From Octopus sinensis (lineage: Eukaryota): DNA of 64,000 bases. The translations under genes were made by a program, and so were the position numbers. The DNA lies in assembly GCF_006345805.1 (NCBI RefSeq), contig NC_043001.1, positions 116,312,001-116,376,000 on the forward strand. The letters run 5' to 3'. The notes beneath the pieces were generated by a model. It saw nothing but the letters and a program-made list of their open reading frames with translations, was not told the origin of the DNA and did no database searches. Each line of letters starts with the position of its first letter. Positions within the stretch are counted from its first letter, which is position 1. This document shows positions 26,264 to 38,172 of this stretch, piece by piece.

Positions 26264-27098
26264 CTAGTTGTCATTCTCAAGAGAGCATGGCCAGGTATAT
26301 GTATGATACTTTTGTTAACTGTTTTAGGTGTCAATGTAGTTGCAAGCAGGCAGACAAACTCTTGACCTCCTACCATTGACCCAGCAGAACATCCAGGATA
26401 TGGTGGCTAAAGAGACAGAGAGCTGCACCAGCACTCAGCACGTAAGGTATTCTTCACTAGTCGTGTTGCTTGGTCCAGGAATTGAACTCATGATCATATG
26501 ATTATGAGCCAAACACCCTAACCATTAGGCCACACATCTCCACCATGTTTTATAGAAACACACACACACACACATATTTGCTAGTTTTTGTCATTGTACC
26601 GTTAAGTGACATAAAATATGATGAAGCATTTCGTTCAATGGTTTAGTGATTCTGTAAATCCACCATCCTTGAATGAATCTAAAATACTGGCTTCAAATTT
26701 TGGCACAAGGCCTGCAATTTTAAGGAAGGGCATAAGTCAATTGCATCATCCATAGTGCTCAACTGGTACTTATTTTATCAACCCCAAAAGAACACAAAGG
26801 CCAAGTCGACCTCAGCAGAATTTGAACTCAGAACAGAAAGAAGGATGAAATGCTACTTAGCATTTTGCCCAGTGCACAAACAATTCAGTTAGTTTGCTGC
26901 CTTGAATGAATCTAAGATATTATAAAAGACAAAATCAATAGTACAAGTGTACAGAAATAGAAGCATGAAGAAGAGAATTGTTTAAAGTAACAAATAAGAA
27001 CCTCCTATCTCTCTCCCAAAGATTTCATGACCTTACTCTTCCTTCTATCAACAATCTCCTCACCTTCCCCTCCCTCTACCAACAACCTCATCATCTAT

Positions 27099-27475
27099 CT
27101 TATTTCTTTATTGCCCACAAGGGGCTAAACATAGAGGGAGCAAACAAGGACAGACAAAGGGATTAAGTTGATTATATTGACCCCGAAAGGATAAAAGGCA
27201 AAGTCGACCTTAGCGGAATTTGAACTCTGAACGTAACAGCAGACGAAATACCTATTTCTTTACTACCCACAAGGGGCTAAACACAGAGGGGACAAACAAG
27301 GACAGACAAATGGATTAAGTCGATTACATCGACCCCAGTGCGTAACTGGTACTTAATTTATCGAGCCTGAACGGATGAAAGGCAAAGTCGACTTCAGCGG
27401 AATTTGAACTCAGAACGTAATGGCAGACGAAATGCCGCAAAGCATTTCGCCCGGCGTGCTAACGTTTCTGCCAGA
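27099..27475 (-). mobile_element. SINE family B dimer
   Basis: Head + unit 1 + unit 2; junction aaagaaata|ggtatttcgtctg (27248-27253); unit 2 is internally deleted. Confidence 0.9.
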
Positions 27476-27826
27476 TCTACCAACATCATGACCTACCTGT
27501 CTAAAATGACTTTATGACCCTCTTATCTTTCTACTAGTGATCTCAATACTAGTTTCAAGGTTAACTGGACTTAAGAAGCTTTGGATTGACAGGGTAACTA
27601 CTTGAGGTGGATGTCGAAACAAAGAGAGATTTAGGAAGAAATGGTTAAAGGGAATTGAACAGATAAGGCATAAGACATAAGGCATAAGACACATGGGAAG
27701 ATGAGTTGCTGCATTGGGAGAGTCTCTGCAAAGTCATTAAACCTGTTAGCAACGACCATCAAATCTCCATCATAGTACAACTTACCATCTTAAAAAAAGA
27801 TACATTAATCAATGTATTCTCTGATA

Positions 27827-28090
27827 TGGTGGAAGTGCATGGCTTAGGGGTTAGGGTGTCAGCATCATGATCGTAAGATTGTGGTTTCGATTCCTGGACC
27901 GGGTGACGCGTTGTGTTCTTGAGCAAAACACTTCATTTCACATTGCTCCAGTCCACTCAGCTGGCAAAAATGAGTAACGCTGTGATGGACTGGCATCCCA
28001 TCCAGCTGGGAATACATACGCCATGGAAACCGGGAAACCAGGCCCATGAGCCTGGCTAGGCTTTACAAAGGTGCATTTATTATTTATTTT
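27827..28090 (+). mobile_element. SINE family D, full length, with 12-bp TSD
   Basis: tRNA-like head (ggtttcgattcc), V-domain-like gctgtgatggactggcatcccatccag, (ttat)n tail; TSD tattctctgata at 27815-27826 and 28091-28102. Confidence 0.9.
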
Positions 28091-28306
28091 TATTCTCTGA
28101 TACACAAAATGAGGATCAAGACTGCTCTCTCACTCAGAGCAAACCTGTGGCTAAACAGCAACAATAGTAACATGGAAAGATATATTGCAAGCACATCTAC
28201 TTCACAGGAGAATACAATTTTTTAGGGTTACAATAAACACTGGATAATATCAACAATTACAACAATGGCCATACATAAACCAGTGAAGGGAACCGCTACA
28301 CAATGC

Positions 28307-28847
28307 TTGATATTTTAGCATTTTGACTGGATAAATTCAGCCGAATATATTCTATCAGTTTTATGTTCAAACCAGTTTGATCTGGCCTCGCAGCCCTACT
28401 CTTCAATGTCATTCTAAAAGTAAACACTCACATCTTTGAAATACTCTTTACTCTTTACTTTTTCACTTGTTTCAGTCATTTGACTGTGGCCATGCTGGAG
28501 CACCACCTTTAGTAGTGATGATGATCATGAGAAGGAGGAGGAAAAGACAATGTTAGCTTAATTACTAACCTATATTACACATTATAGCATGACTAGTATA
28601 GTGTACTCTTCTACACTTTTTTTACTCTTTTACTTGTTTCAGTCATTTGACGGTGGCCATGCTGGAGCACCACCCTTAGTCGAGCAAATCGACACCAGGA
28701 CTTATTCTTTGTAAGCCTAGTACTTATTCTATTGGACTTTTTGCCGAACCGCTAAGTTACGGGGATGTAAACACACCAGCATTGGTTGTCAAGCAATGCT
28801 GGGGGGACAAACACAGACACAGAAACATATACACACACACACACACG

Positions 28848-28897
<50 letters not shown>

Positions 28898-29158
28898 ACA
28901 GGCTTCTTTCAGTTTCTATCTACCAAATCTACTCACAAGGCTTTGGTCGGCCCGAGGCTATAGTAGAAGACACTTGCCCAAGGTGCCACACCAGTGGGAC
29001 TGAACTCAGAACCATGTGGTTGGTAAGCAAGCTACTTACCACACAGCCACTCCTACGCCTATAATCTTGAATCAACAACATAATGCACAGTTAATTCAAA
29101 ACAATGTGAATAAATAAGCCTTACATTTGACAAAGTAATCTGAATGCTAAAGGATTAA
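28307..29158. mobile_element. TTAA MITE split by a ~620-bp inserted block
   Basis: Left half 28307-28442 and right half 29063-29158 align to the two halves of the 22898 and 34615 MITEs. Confidence 0.7.
28606..29059 (-). mobile_element. SINE family A, full length
   Basis: Collinear with the family. Confidence 0.92.
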
Positions 29159-30266
29159 CCTGTAATAAATAGTGGCCAAATCTGTCACAATTTCAATCTA
29201 ACATCTTAAATGAGGAAGGAACATAGATAATACAGTTATACATAACTCTTTAATTGACAGGATGGTCTAGGGTGGAATGCTTTTGATCATAAATCTGTTG
29301 AGTGTTAGGGTTGATCTGGAGCTTAACGACAGTAATAAAAATCATAGGAAACAAATTATTGATGGGGTTTCTACATAGACACTTAACAACAATAGTAAGA
29401 AAGATAATGATGATGATGATGATGTCAATGATGAAGACAACAAAAACAGCATCAATGATGATGACGACAATACTGACACTGACAGTGTAAATGATACAAT
29501 ATCAATAATGCTGATGACATGACAGCAACCAAGATGATGGTAACACTGCCAATGATGATGATGATGTAAATTATGATGATGTAAATGATGATGTTAATGA
29601 TGATGATGATGATGATTTTATTTCTAAGTGTTCATTGCTTACAGAGAATATGAACACATCAGTAAAATAACAGCCAAATCATTCTCAAATCATATTCTAT
29701 TGCCTTAAAAAAAGGAAGGATACATTGGATAATGAAGTTCTAAACACACTATGCCTCAGGGAGGTAAAAAGATGGAATGGTCAAGATTGGAAAGCTTTTA
29801 ATTATAGATCTTCTCAATCAAGGTTGTCCGGGAGCAAAACAACAACAAAAGTTAATAGACAAGCAACACACCCACTCAATACTATTTGTAATACTAAACA
29901 TTATAATTATCATTATTATTATTACTATTATTATTATTGTTGTTGTTGTTGTTATTGTTATTATTATTGTTGTTGTTGTTGTTGTTATTATTATTATTAT
30001 TGTAAGGTGGCAGAATTATTAACATGCTGGACGACATGCTTGGCAGCATTTCATCCATTTTCCATGTTCTGGGTTCAAGTTCTGCCAAGGTTGACTTTGT
30101 CTTTCATTCTTTCTGGGTCGATAAAATAAGTACCATTTGTGTACTGGGGTCGATGTATTACTCACCCCCCTACCCCGAAATTACTAGCCTTGCACCAAAA
30201 ATTGAAACCCTTGTGATTATCATTAAGGCAGTAAGTTAGCAGAATTTCTTAGTGAGCTGAGCAAAA

Positions 30267-30667
30267 TCTTTATATATAAAAGAGAGTTTGTGTGCTGTCT
30301 GTCTTCTGCGATTTAGATTCCTAACTACTCCCACATTTTGCGGTGCAGTTTAACCAAAACCGGGTATCTTATAGTCGCGATTTATATCGAGCCCTTCTGG
30401 GTATTAGCACGCGTCTACGATGAGTCTACGATTTAAAAAAAATTTACCATCATTTTTTTCCATTTTAATGCATTTTTTTCGCTATTATATAAGGGAAGTA
30501 ACTCTCTAAAAATGTCTACGATGAGTCAACGATTTAAAAAAAAAATTACCATCATTTTTTTTCCATTTTTAGTGCATTTTTTTGCTATTTTTTGGCTATA
30601 ACTCTCTAAAAATGCTTATATAGTTATTTCCCTTACAAACCCGAGCAACGCCGGGCGATACTGCTAG
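30267..30667 (+). mobile_element. Non-autonomous Helitron, copy 1
   Basis: A|TC...CTAG|T ends, subterminal hairpin cccgagcaacgccggg (30640-30655), internal ~100-bp tandem duplication, no TSD. Confidence 0.88.
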
Positions 30668-30815
30668 TGCTTAATAAAATTTCATGTGTTTACATTCTGA
30701 TCTTAAATTCAATTTTCATCAGCCAAATCCACAAGGCCTTGGTCTGCCTGGACTCATAGCAGCTGGCACTTGCCCAAGGTACCATGTAGTGGGACTGAAC
30801 TCACCACTGTGTAAA

Positions 30816-31059
30816 GGCGGCGAGCTGGCAGAAACGTTAGCACGCCGGGCGAAATGCGTAGCCGTGTTTCGTCTGGCATTACGTTCTGAGTTCAAATTCC
30901 GCCATGGTCAACTTTACCTTTCATCCCTTCGGGGGTCGATAAATTAAGTACCAGTTATGCATTGGGGTCGATGTAATCGACTTAATCCGTTTGACTGTCC
31001 TTGTTTGTCTCCTCTGTGTTTAGCCCCTTCATCATCATCGTTTGGGTAGTAAAGAAATA
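30816..31059 (+). mobile_element. SINE family B monomer
   Basis: ggcggcgagctggcagaaacg head, gggtagtaaagaaata tail. Confidence 0.92.
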
Positions 31060-31149
31060 ACTGTGTAAATTGATATTACTGTCTTCATCATGGGACATAG
31101 TACAAGGCTGCTGGTCTTGTATTTTCAAGAACATATAATGCTCCAATGA

Positions 31150-31265
31150 GATAAATATAAATTCTCTGCGAATGGAATCAGCAAAACTATTTTCGGATAA
31201 CCACTTGGAACATCGTACATTTTTTAAACCAAATCTTTTAAGAAAGGCATGAATGACACAGTTCC
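31150..31265 (-). mobile_element. Possible pogo/Tigger transposase remnant
   Basis: FLKRFGLKNVRCSKWLSENSFADSIRREF loosely resembles the F..R..L.N....GE..SAD segment. Confidence 0.35.
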
Positions 31266-31343
31266 TCATTCTCTTTTTTATGTAACTTGTGGGGTTACTC
31301 TATATTTAGCTCATGTCAGTCCTGATTGAGCAGACCTATGTTC

Positions 31344-31550
31344 AAAGGTGTTTCCATCAACTAAAAATGTATGGAAGAGTACAGGTGTTCTAGCTAATAA
31401 TCATAATATAAAAGTTCAAAGGTGTCCTGACCAACTACAACTATGTACAGAAGAATGTATGGAAGATCAAAGGTGTTCTAGACATAATGTATGGAATATC
31501 AAAAATCTAATGATGAACGTGTATGGAAGATCAAAAGTATTCTAGCCATA
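31344..31550. repeat. Degenerate ~32-bp tandem repeat
   Basis: aatgtatggaagatcaaaggtgttctag-like unit recurs about five times. Confidence 0.75.
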
Positions 31551-31918
31551 ACCATTAACATCAGACAACTTAACATCAGACCTGTCCTTCCATTCATTTT
31601 TAAGAGACAGTGCTTTAAGAGAAAAGTGGTTGCTAGTTCTAGCAGGTCAAACTAATTGGCTTGATTAACGTCATTGCATCAGTAGAAATGTGGTGCACCT
31701 GAGCACTGTATACAATAATTTCATTATTATTAAATCAAACTCAAACCAAACTGCCCACACGACTGATGACTGATGTATGATAACATAAGGGTTTTCTATT
31801 CTTTAAGACACCTTTCTTAACTCATTAATTTTGGAAGCAATTTTTAAAATATTAAAAAAAAAACAACAAAAAATACTTAATATAAACTTAAATAAATTTT
31901 TTTTTAAAAATCACTTAC

Positions 31919-32097
31919 AATTCTCCAGTTTTGGGCTTTTGTTTTCACGGTCAGTTTAAGCAAGCTGAGAGAGCTCAATGTTGATAATGAAGAAATACAC
32001 AGCAGAATAGCCTTTCTCTCTCTCTCTCTTTCTCTCATTCTATCTCTCTCCAATTTTCTCTCACCACCACTCTTTCTCTTTCCCTCTCTCTCAGAGG
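31919..32097 (-). other. Candidate (probably non-coding) exon
   Basis: ttgtttctatttAG acceptor and ATT|GTAAGT donor; GA-rich interior. Confidence 0.25.
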
Positions 32098-32244
32098 CTA
32101 AATAGAAACAAGACTATTGGCTGTATATAGAAACATATACATATGTGTGTATGTATATATATACAACCACACACACAATCCTTGCTCATGCATATTCATA
32201 CCTACATTAAATATATGCACGTATGCACATCATTGATGGATATT

Positions 32245-32283
<39 letters not shown>

Positions 32284-32994
32284 ATGTTATTGTTAAAGCT
32301 AAGATCTTTTTATTATCAGCAGTCAGCAATGACTAGGCCACTTCTCTTAACACTTGGAGTTCATGTTGTTATAAACAGGAGATGGTCATTCTCATGTAAA
32401 AATAACGATAGCATTGATGGTGTCACAGTCACTTAAAATGGATGAGGAAGCAGCAGCAGCAGCAGCAGCAGCAGTACCGGTTGTAGTACACATTGAAGAC
32501 TGCTTTAATAACAAAAACAATAACTAATTTAACTAATTTCAGTTACAGCCAAAAATATATAAAAAAAGCACCACCACCACCACCAGTATCACCATCAACA
32601 CTAATGCCACTACAACCATCAATAATTATGATATAACAATTACCACCATTATCATCACTGCTGTTGCTATTACCCTCACAACTCTATTATTACCACACCA
32701 CTACTATCACCTTTGCCATTCCCACCATCACCATCATCACTACCACCAGCATGTCTAGTTGAAGACAGCTGGCAAGGCACTAAACAACAAAACAACAAAA
32801 TTTTGTTGTTTTAATAAATATCAATTATTTCATCTAAATAATTTAGATGAAACAATAGATATTTATAGAAACAAAATCATCACAGTTTTTATAGAATATA
32901 AGTGGCTGAGTCAATAACACATCAGACAGATTGCCTTGTCTTTGTTTTGATTCTCTGTGAATCAAGTTCAAATTTTGCCTTTGATCCCCTAGGG

Positions 32995-33275
32995 CAGTGG
33001 TTCCCCAAAATTTTTCGAGCAGCCACCCACTTGACACCCAGTACCCAGCACATTCCTAGTGCCCCCACCCCAACTAACCATCACAAGCATAGACCCCTTT
33101 CTGAAGCAAATTTAAAACAACTGTATTTAACAAATAAAACTTAACCTAATGAACCCTTTATTTTGTTGGTTTCACATGAATCACTACCCCATTATTGTCC
33201 CACTTTTCTTCAACTCCCCATTGGAACTTTCCACTCCCCCTAGGGGAGAAATATTGCCTACTTTGGAAACCACTA
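32995..33275. mobile_element. hAT (Charlie-like) MITE
   Basis: cagtggttccccaaa / tttggaaaccacta TIRs; exact 8-bp TSD ccctaggg at 32987-32994 and 33276-33283. Confidence 0.88.
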
Positions 33276-33457
33276 CCCTAGGGGTTGATAAATAAAGTAC
33301 AAGGTATGTACCAATCCCTCCCCCCTCCTCTTCTTCTCTCTCTCTCTCACCTCTCTCTCCATCTCCTTTCTGAAGGAACCAAGAAAGACACATTTACAAT
33401 GCTGCCACCAATTTTTTCACTTACATTGTGGACTTGCTAACAAAGAAGAATATTCAT

Positions 33458-33676
33458 AAAGGCGGTGATCTGGCAGAAACATTAGCACACCGGCCAAAAT
33501 GCTTTGTGGTATTTCGTCTGCCGCTGCGTTCTGAGTTCAAATTCCGCCGAGGTCAACTTTGCCTTTCATCTTTTCAGGGTCGATAAATTAAGTACCCGTT
33601 AAATAATCGACTTAATTCCTTTGTTTGTCCTTGTTTGTCCCCTCTATGTTTGGCCCATTGTGGGCAGTAAAGAAAT
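33458..33676 (+). mobile_element. SINE family B monomer with 12-bp TSD
   Basis: TSD aagaatattcat at 33446-33457 and 33677-33688. Confidence 0.92.
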
Positions 33677-34125
33677 AAGAATATTCATTACTGATTTCCA
33701 ACGTAGACGTTCCTTGTTGAGGGAGAGGGGACAGGTATACTGAATTATATTAATCCCAATTACATGACTGGTACTTTCTTTTATCAAACCTGGAAGATTA
33801 AAAGGCAAAGGTAACAGTGCCAGGTGTGAACTCAGAATGTAGAGTGATCTAACTGCTGCATGTCATTTATCCAACTCCCCCCTCTCCCTCTCTTTCTTTC
33901 TCTCTCTCTCCATTCTACACTCTAGTTCAGCCAGTCAATCTCTCTCCATAAGATAACAGAATGGTAGGGAGTGGAACTAATTCTATTAACTATTTAGTTT
34001 TACTCCTGCACACCTTTTCCTTGAAGTTCCAACAACTTTGGTCAACTTCATCTTTCAGCTTATAAAGTTTGTCTCGATAGAGTACAGTGACCCATTAGGT
34101 CACAGCATATCCTAATTTCCATGAA

Positions 34126-34272
34126 AGGTCGACTTTGCCTTTCATCCTTTCGGGGTCGATAAATTAAGTACCAGTTACGCACTGGGGTCGATGTAATCGA
34201 CTTAATACCTATGTCTGTCCTTGTTTGTCCCCTCTGTGTTTAGCCCCTTGTGGGTAATAAAGAAATAGGTAT
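34126..34272 (+). mobile_element. SINE family B, 5'-truncated
   Basis: ggtcgactttgcc...gggtaataaagaaataggtattt. Confidence 0.9.
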
Positions 34273-34614
34273 TTAAGCAACATAGAACAAGACTCTAAAC
34301 TGAATGCAGTATCCACCTGTCAAAGAATCAATCCACAAATGGCCATTCTGATATTATTGTCCCACCATCACACTGCCTGCCACCTCATATAAAAATATTA
34401 AAATGGATACAGAACTCTTTAGGATAATTTCATATGAAAACTGAGTCACTAACTCAACAAGTAACATCAATACTGATTCATTGCCTTAATTCAATGTTTT
34501 AACACCAGAATCGCATAATGGTTGTGTAGTTAAAGTTATTTTGGATCTAGATGGTTCCAAGTTTGATCTCACCTTCCAGCACCTTAGGAAATTCTTTTCT
34601 TTCATACTTTCAAT

Positions 34615-34844
34615 TTAACCCTTTAGCATTTAATCTGGTCATATCCAGCCCAAATATGTCTACATTGTTTTACGTTCAAGCTGGCCAGATCAAGCTTCTT
34701 ATACCTACCCAACAACGTCATTCTAGAAATAAATGATCACATCACCAAAATCTCAAAACTTAGGATAATTCATGATTAATTCGAAGCAATGTGAAAATAT
34801 AGGGCACAACATTTGTCAGAGTAATCTAAATGTTAAAGGGTTTG
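34615..34844. mobile_element. TTAA MITE (second family)
   Basis: ttaaccctttagcatt...tgttaaagggtt. Confidence 0.75.
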
Positions 34845-35239
34845 CCTTGTGTGAGTAGCATTTTGAATGGCAGAAACTGTACGTAAAGAAGCCCTGTGTG
34901 TGTGTGTGTCTGTGTGTGTGTATGTGTGTGTGTGTGTACGGAAAAAATATACACTTTAGCAAGAAATAGTCAGTAAATTGGTACATCAGACAAAAATCTT
35001 TTTTATGGTGGATATCTTGCCTGGGTTATGTACTCACTTCTGTGTCACTCTCTCCAATGAAAATGCAGAGGACATATGGCCAACCTGTGAGGGGCATATA
35101 CTCAATAATGCTATTTGTTCACAAATGTATGATTTAAAAAATAAAAAAATAGCTCATTATGCTGCCTTAACATTATCACAAAGACTGAGCTGTTCTCACA
35201 CAATACTATATTAACACTAAAACAGAAATATAATTCATT

Positions 35240-35651
35240 ACTCTTTACTCTTTTACTTGTTTCAGTCATTTGACTGCGGCCATGCTGGAGCACCGCCTTT
35301 TTAGTCAAGCAACTCGACCCCAGGACTTATTCTTTGTAAGCCCAGTACTTATTCTATCGGTCTCTTTTGCCGAACCGCTAAGTGATGGGGACGTAAACAC
35401 AGCAGCATTGGTTGTCAAGCAATGCTAGGGGGACAAACACAGACACACAAACACATACACACACATACATATATATATATACATATATACGACAGGCTTC
35501 TTTCAGTTTCCGTCTACCAAATCCACTCACAAGGCATTGGTCGGCCCGGGGCTATAGCAGAAGACACTTGCCCAAGATGCCACGCAGTGGGACTGAACCA
35601 GGAACCATGTGGTTGGTTAGCAAGCTACTTACCACACAGCCACTCCTGCGC
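35240..35651 (-). mobile_element. SINE family A, full length
   Basis: Collinear with the family. Confidence 0.94.
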
Positions 35652-35754
35652 ATTATGGATCTTTTAACAGAAAATGCTTAGCTTTTAGACTTAACATGTA
35701 TTTGAATACCAATGCTGGATCTGATTTTGTGGCAGGATATTTTAACAACTCAGT

Positions 35755-36420
35755 GAGTACTGATGCACATTGAGATGCAATCTCAATGTGCAGCAATACT
35801 GAGGAAGTTGCAACCTTAGTGTGCTCAATTCTGAGGAAACTGCAACCATGATGTGCACCAACAGTCAGAAATAGCAGCAGTAGTTGATTGTCAAACAAGG
35901 CATCATGATGATTATTTTTCTATAAATTCAAATAGTGATATAAATGCACATAGTAGCCTAATGATGAGGGTGTTCAGCTCATTATCATAAGGTTGAGGGT
36001 TCAGTTCCTAGACTAGGCAGTGTATTTTATCCTTGAGCAGAGCACTTCATTTCACATTGTTCCAGTTTACTCAGCTGGAAATGTGTACCAAGTGACTGCT
36101 GATGCATCTATGAAATGTGCAGCAGTGCTAAGAAATATGCAGAATTAATGTGCAACAATGCTCAGAAATATACTGTATTAATGTGGATGGATGCTGAGAA
36201 GGCTTCAATCTTAATGTGCATCAATGCTTAAAGATGCAATTTCAATGTGCATTAATACTGAGAAAGTTGCAACCTTAGTGTGCTCAATTCTCTGGAAACT
36301 GCAACCATAATGTGCATCAACAGTCAGAAAGCAGCAACTTTAATGAGCATCAACACTCAGTAATCCGCATCCTTAGTGTGTTGTAGAAATATGCAACCTC
36401 AACATGCATCAATGCACTGA
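35755..36420. repeat. Degenerate 33-bp tandem array in two clusters, interrupted by a family D fragment (~35955-36085)
   Basis: Unit aatgtgcagcaatactgaggaagttgcaacctt; higher-order duplication 35774-35871 / 36233-36330. Confidence 0.8.
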
Positions 36421-36958
36421 TTTGTGCAGCTCCCTCTTGAGTTCAGAATCATAACATTCTCAACATGCTGCTTATTTGTATCACAAGGATAACCCTTTAC
36501 AGACATACGATATTTCATGATTCACATACTTTACTCAGAAGAGAAACGGATGCAACAAAGGTCCCTATAAAGACTTCTGAGATTTGTGAAAGGTAGGGAG
36601 AAAGTTAACATCAGATCAGAGACTAGGACCTAATGTTTGTAACAGAATGTACTAAACTGTGGGTACCCAAGGGCCAGATGATGATGGTGTTAAATGAAAG
36701 GATCTCTGTCAGGTTTGACAGTAAGTATTCATTGTTTAACTAACTGTATGACAGACTCATTGAATAATAGTATAAGAAGCTGAGTATTTTGCAGAAACCG
36801 TTACCCATAACTATATAAAAACAGGAACAATCCATGCAACAGGCCTCCACATAAGATGTCTAAGAAATTTCTCTAATAAAGCTTTGGGCAACCCAAGGCA
36901 CGAGACATGTGACAGGGTTGAATCTGAAGCCACATAATTGCAAAGTCAATCTGTTCTG

Positions 36959-37180
36959 TAACCCTTTTGATACCAACCCACTTGTGACTGCCTTGATTCT
37001 CTGACAAGGACTTTGTTTCAAAGGGATGTAAATTAATATTTTCTATCAAAATTTTACACTCATTTATGTTCCAAATACCAGCTTAATAACAAAGTTATAT
37101 CAATAAATTCTTCTTTATTTTCAGAATTAATTGAAACGAAGGCTATATATTTCAACGGAAATATGGTAACAAAAGGGTTA
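36959..37180. mobile_element. MITE with the same termini as 12272
   Basis: taacccttttgatacc ... ggtaacaaaagggttaa. Confidence 0.75.
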
Positions 37181-37334
37181 AATCTGCTTGGTGTGTGTTT
37201 TTAATGAAGAAGGGTTTGGAGTGTGAAGAGTCAGAGAGTCAGAGAGAAATGTTTCGAGGGCAGTTTTTGGTTATGGACAAGGAGTTGGATTGTTTTGGCA
37301 ATTTTCTTTGTGAGAGGTGGAATGTATATGTTGG

Positions 37335-37480
37335 GAGTTATTGGGATCTAGAGTAACATCTACAAAATCCACAGTTTTTATGTTGGTATTTTTAGAAATG
37401 TTCAAGCCATTTCTCCATGACAAGAGATCATTCCAAACGTTCCCTAAATCAGTTTGAAGAATTGAGCTTTCCAATTTACT
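37335..37480 (-). mobile_element. Penelope-like reverse transcriptase remnant
   Basis: NGLNISKNTNIKTVDFVDVTLD resembles the GL.IT..N.K.V.FLDVTL segment after the Penelope RT core. Confidence 0.55.
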
Positions 37481-37844
37481 CAAACACACACAGATGTAGA
37501 AAAAAGAGGCGTTGAAGAGTAGGTAAAAATATAGAAAAACCAGAACCTCAAAAAAGAAAAGGACAGAGAAACAGAGATAAGCATAGAATCTAAAAAAGTC
37601 TAACATACAACATTGTATGAATGGGAGTGTTATAGCGATGGAAGTAACCATTATTATCCAGGAATAACCAATCAGTGTCTGGGAAGCAGCAGCCTTGAGT
37701 GGAAGAGGATAGGAAGGAGAAAAATGTCATAAATTTGAAATGTCACTCAAGCTATAATCTGAGAGATTAACATGGAGGGGGAGGGATTGTTACCAAATGC
37801 GTACAACTGAAGGACACCAATCATTTTGTCAGTCGGTAGTTAAA

Positions 37845-37846
37845 TG

Positions 37847-37878
<32 letters not shown>

Positions 37879-38103
37879 TGTGCACACATGTGCACACATG
37901 CACGCACACACACACACACATACACACACATGTGCACACACACACATGCACACGCACACATGTGCACACACACACACATACACATGCACACATGTGCACA
38001 CACACAAATACACATGCGCGTCACACACACACACACACACATACACACACATGTGCACACACACATGTGCACACACACAAATACACACATGCGCGTGCAC
38101 CCC

Positions 38104-38142
<39 letters not shown>

Positions 38143-38172
38143 ACACACACACATACACACACACACACACAG
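37845..38172. repeat. Compound (CA)n array with recurrent cacatgtgcacac units
   Basis: Read directly. Confidence 0.95.

Noticed and set aside
31344-31550. Short regularly recurring units (also 13388-13622) as possible CRISPR-like arrays
   Set aside because: Units are degenerate with no unique constant-length spacers, the context is eukaryotic and there are no cas genes
36540-36760. Possible RTE RT fragment (ATKV..., ECTKLWVPK)
   Set aside because: Similarity too weak and too frameshifted to call without a profile search
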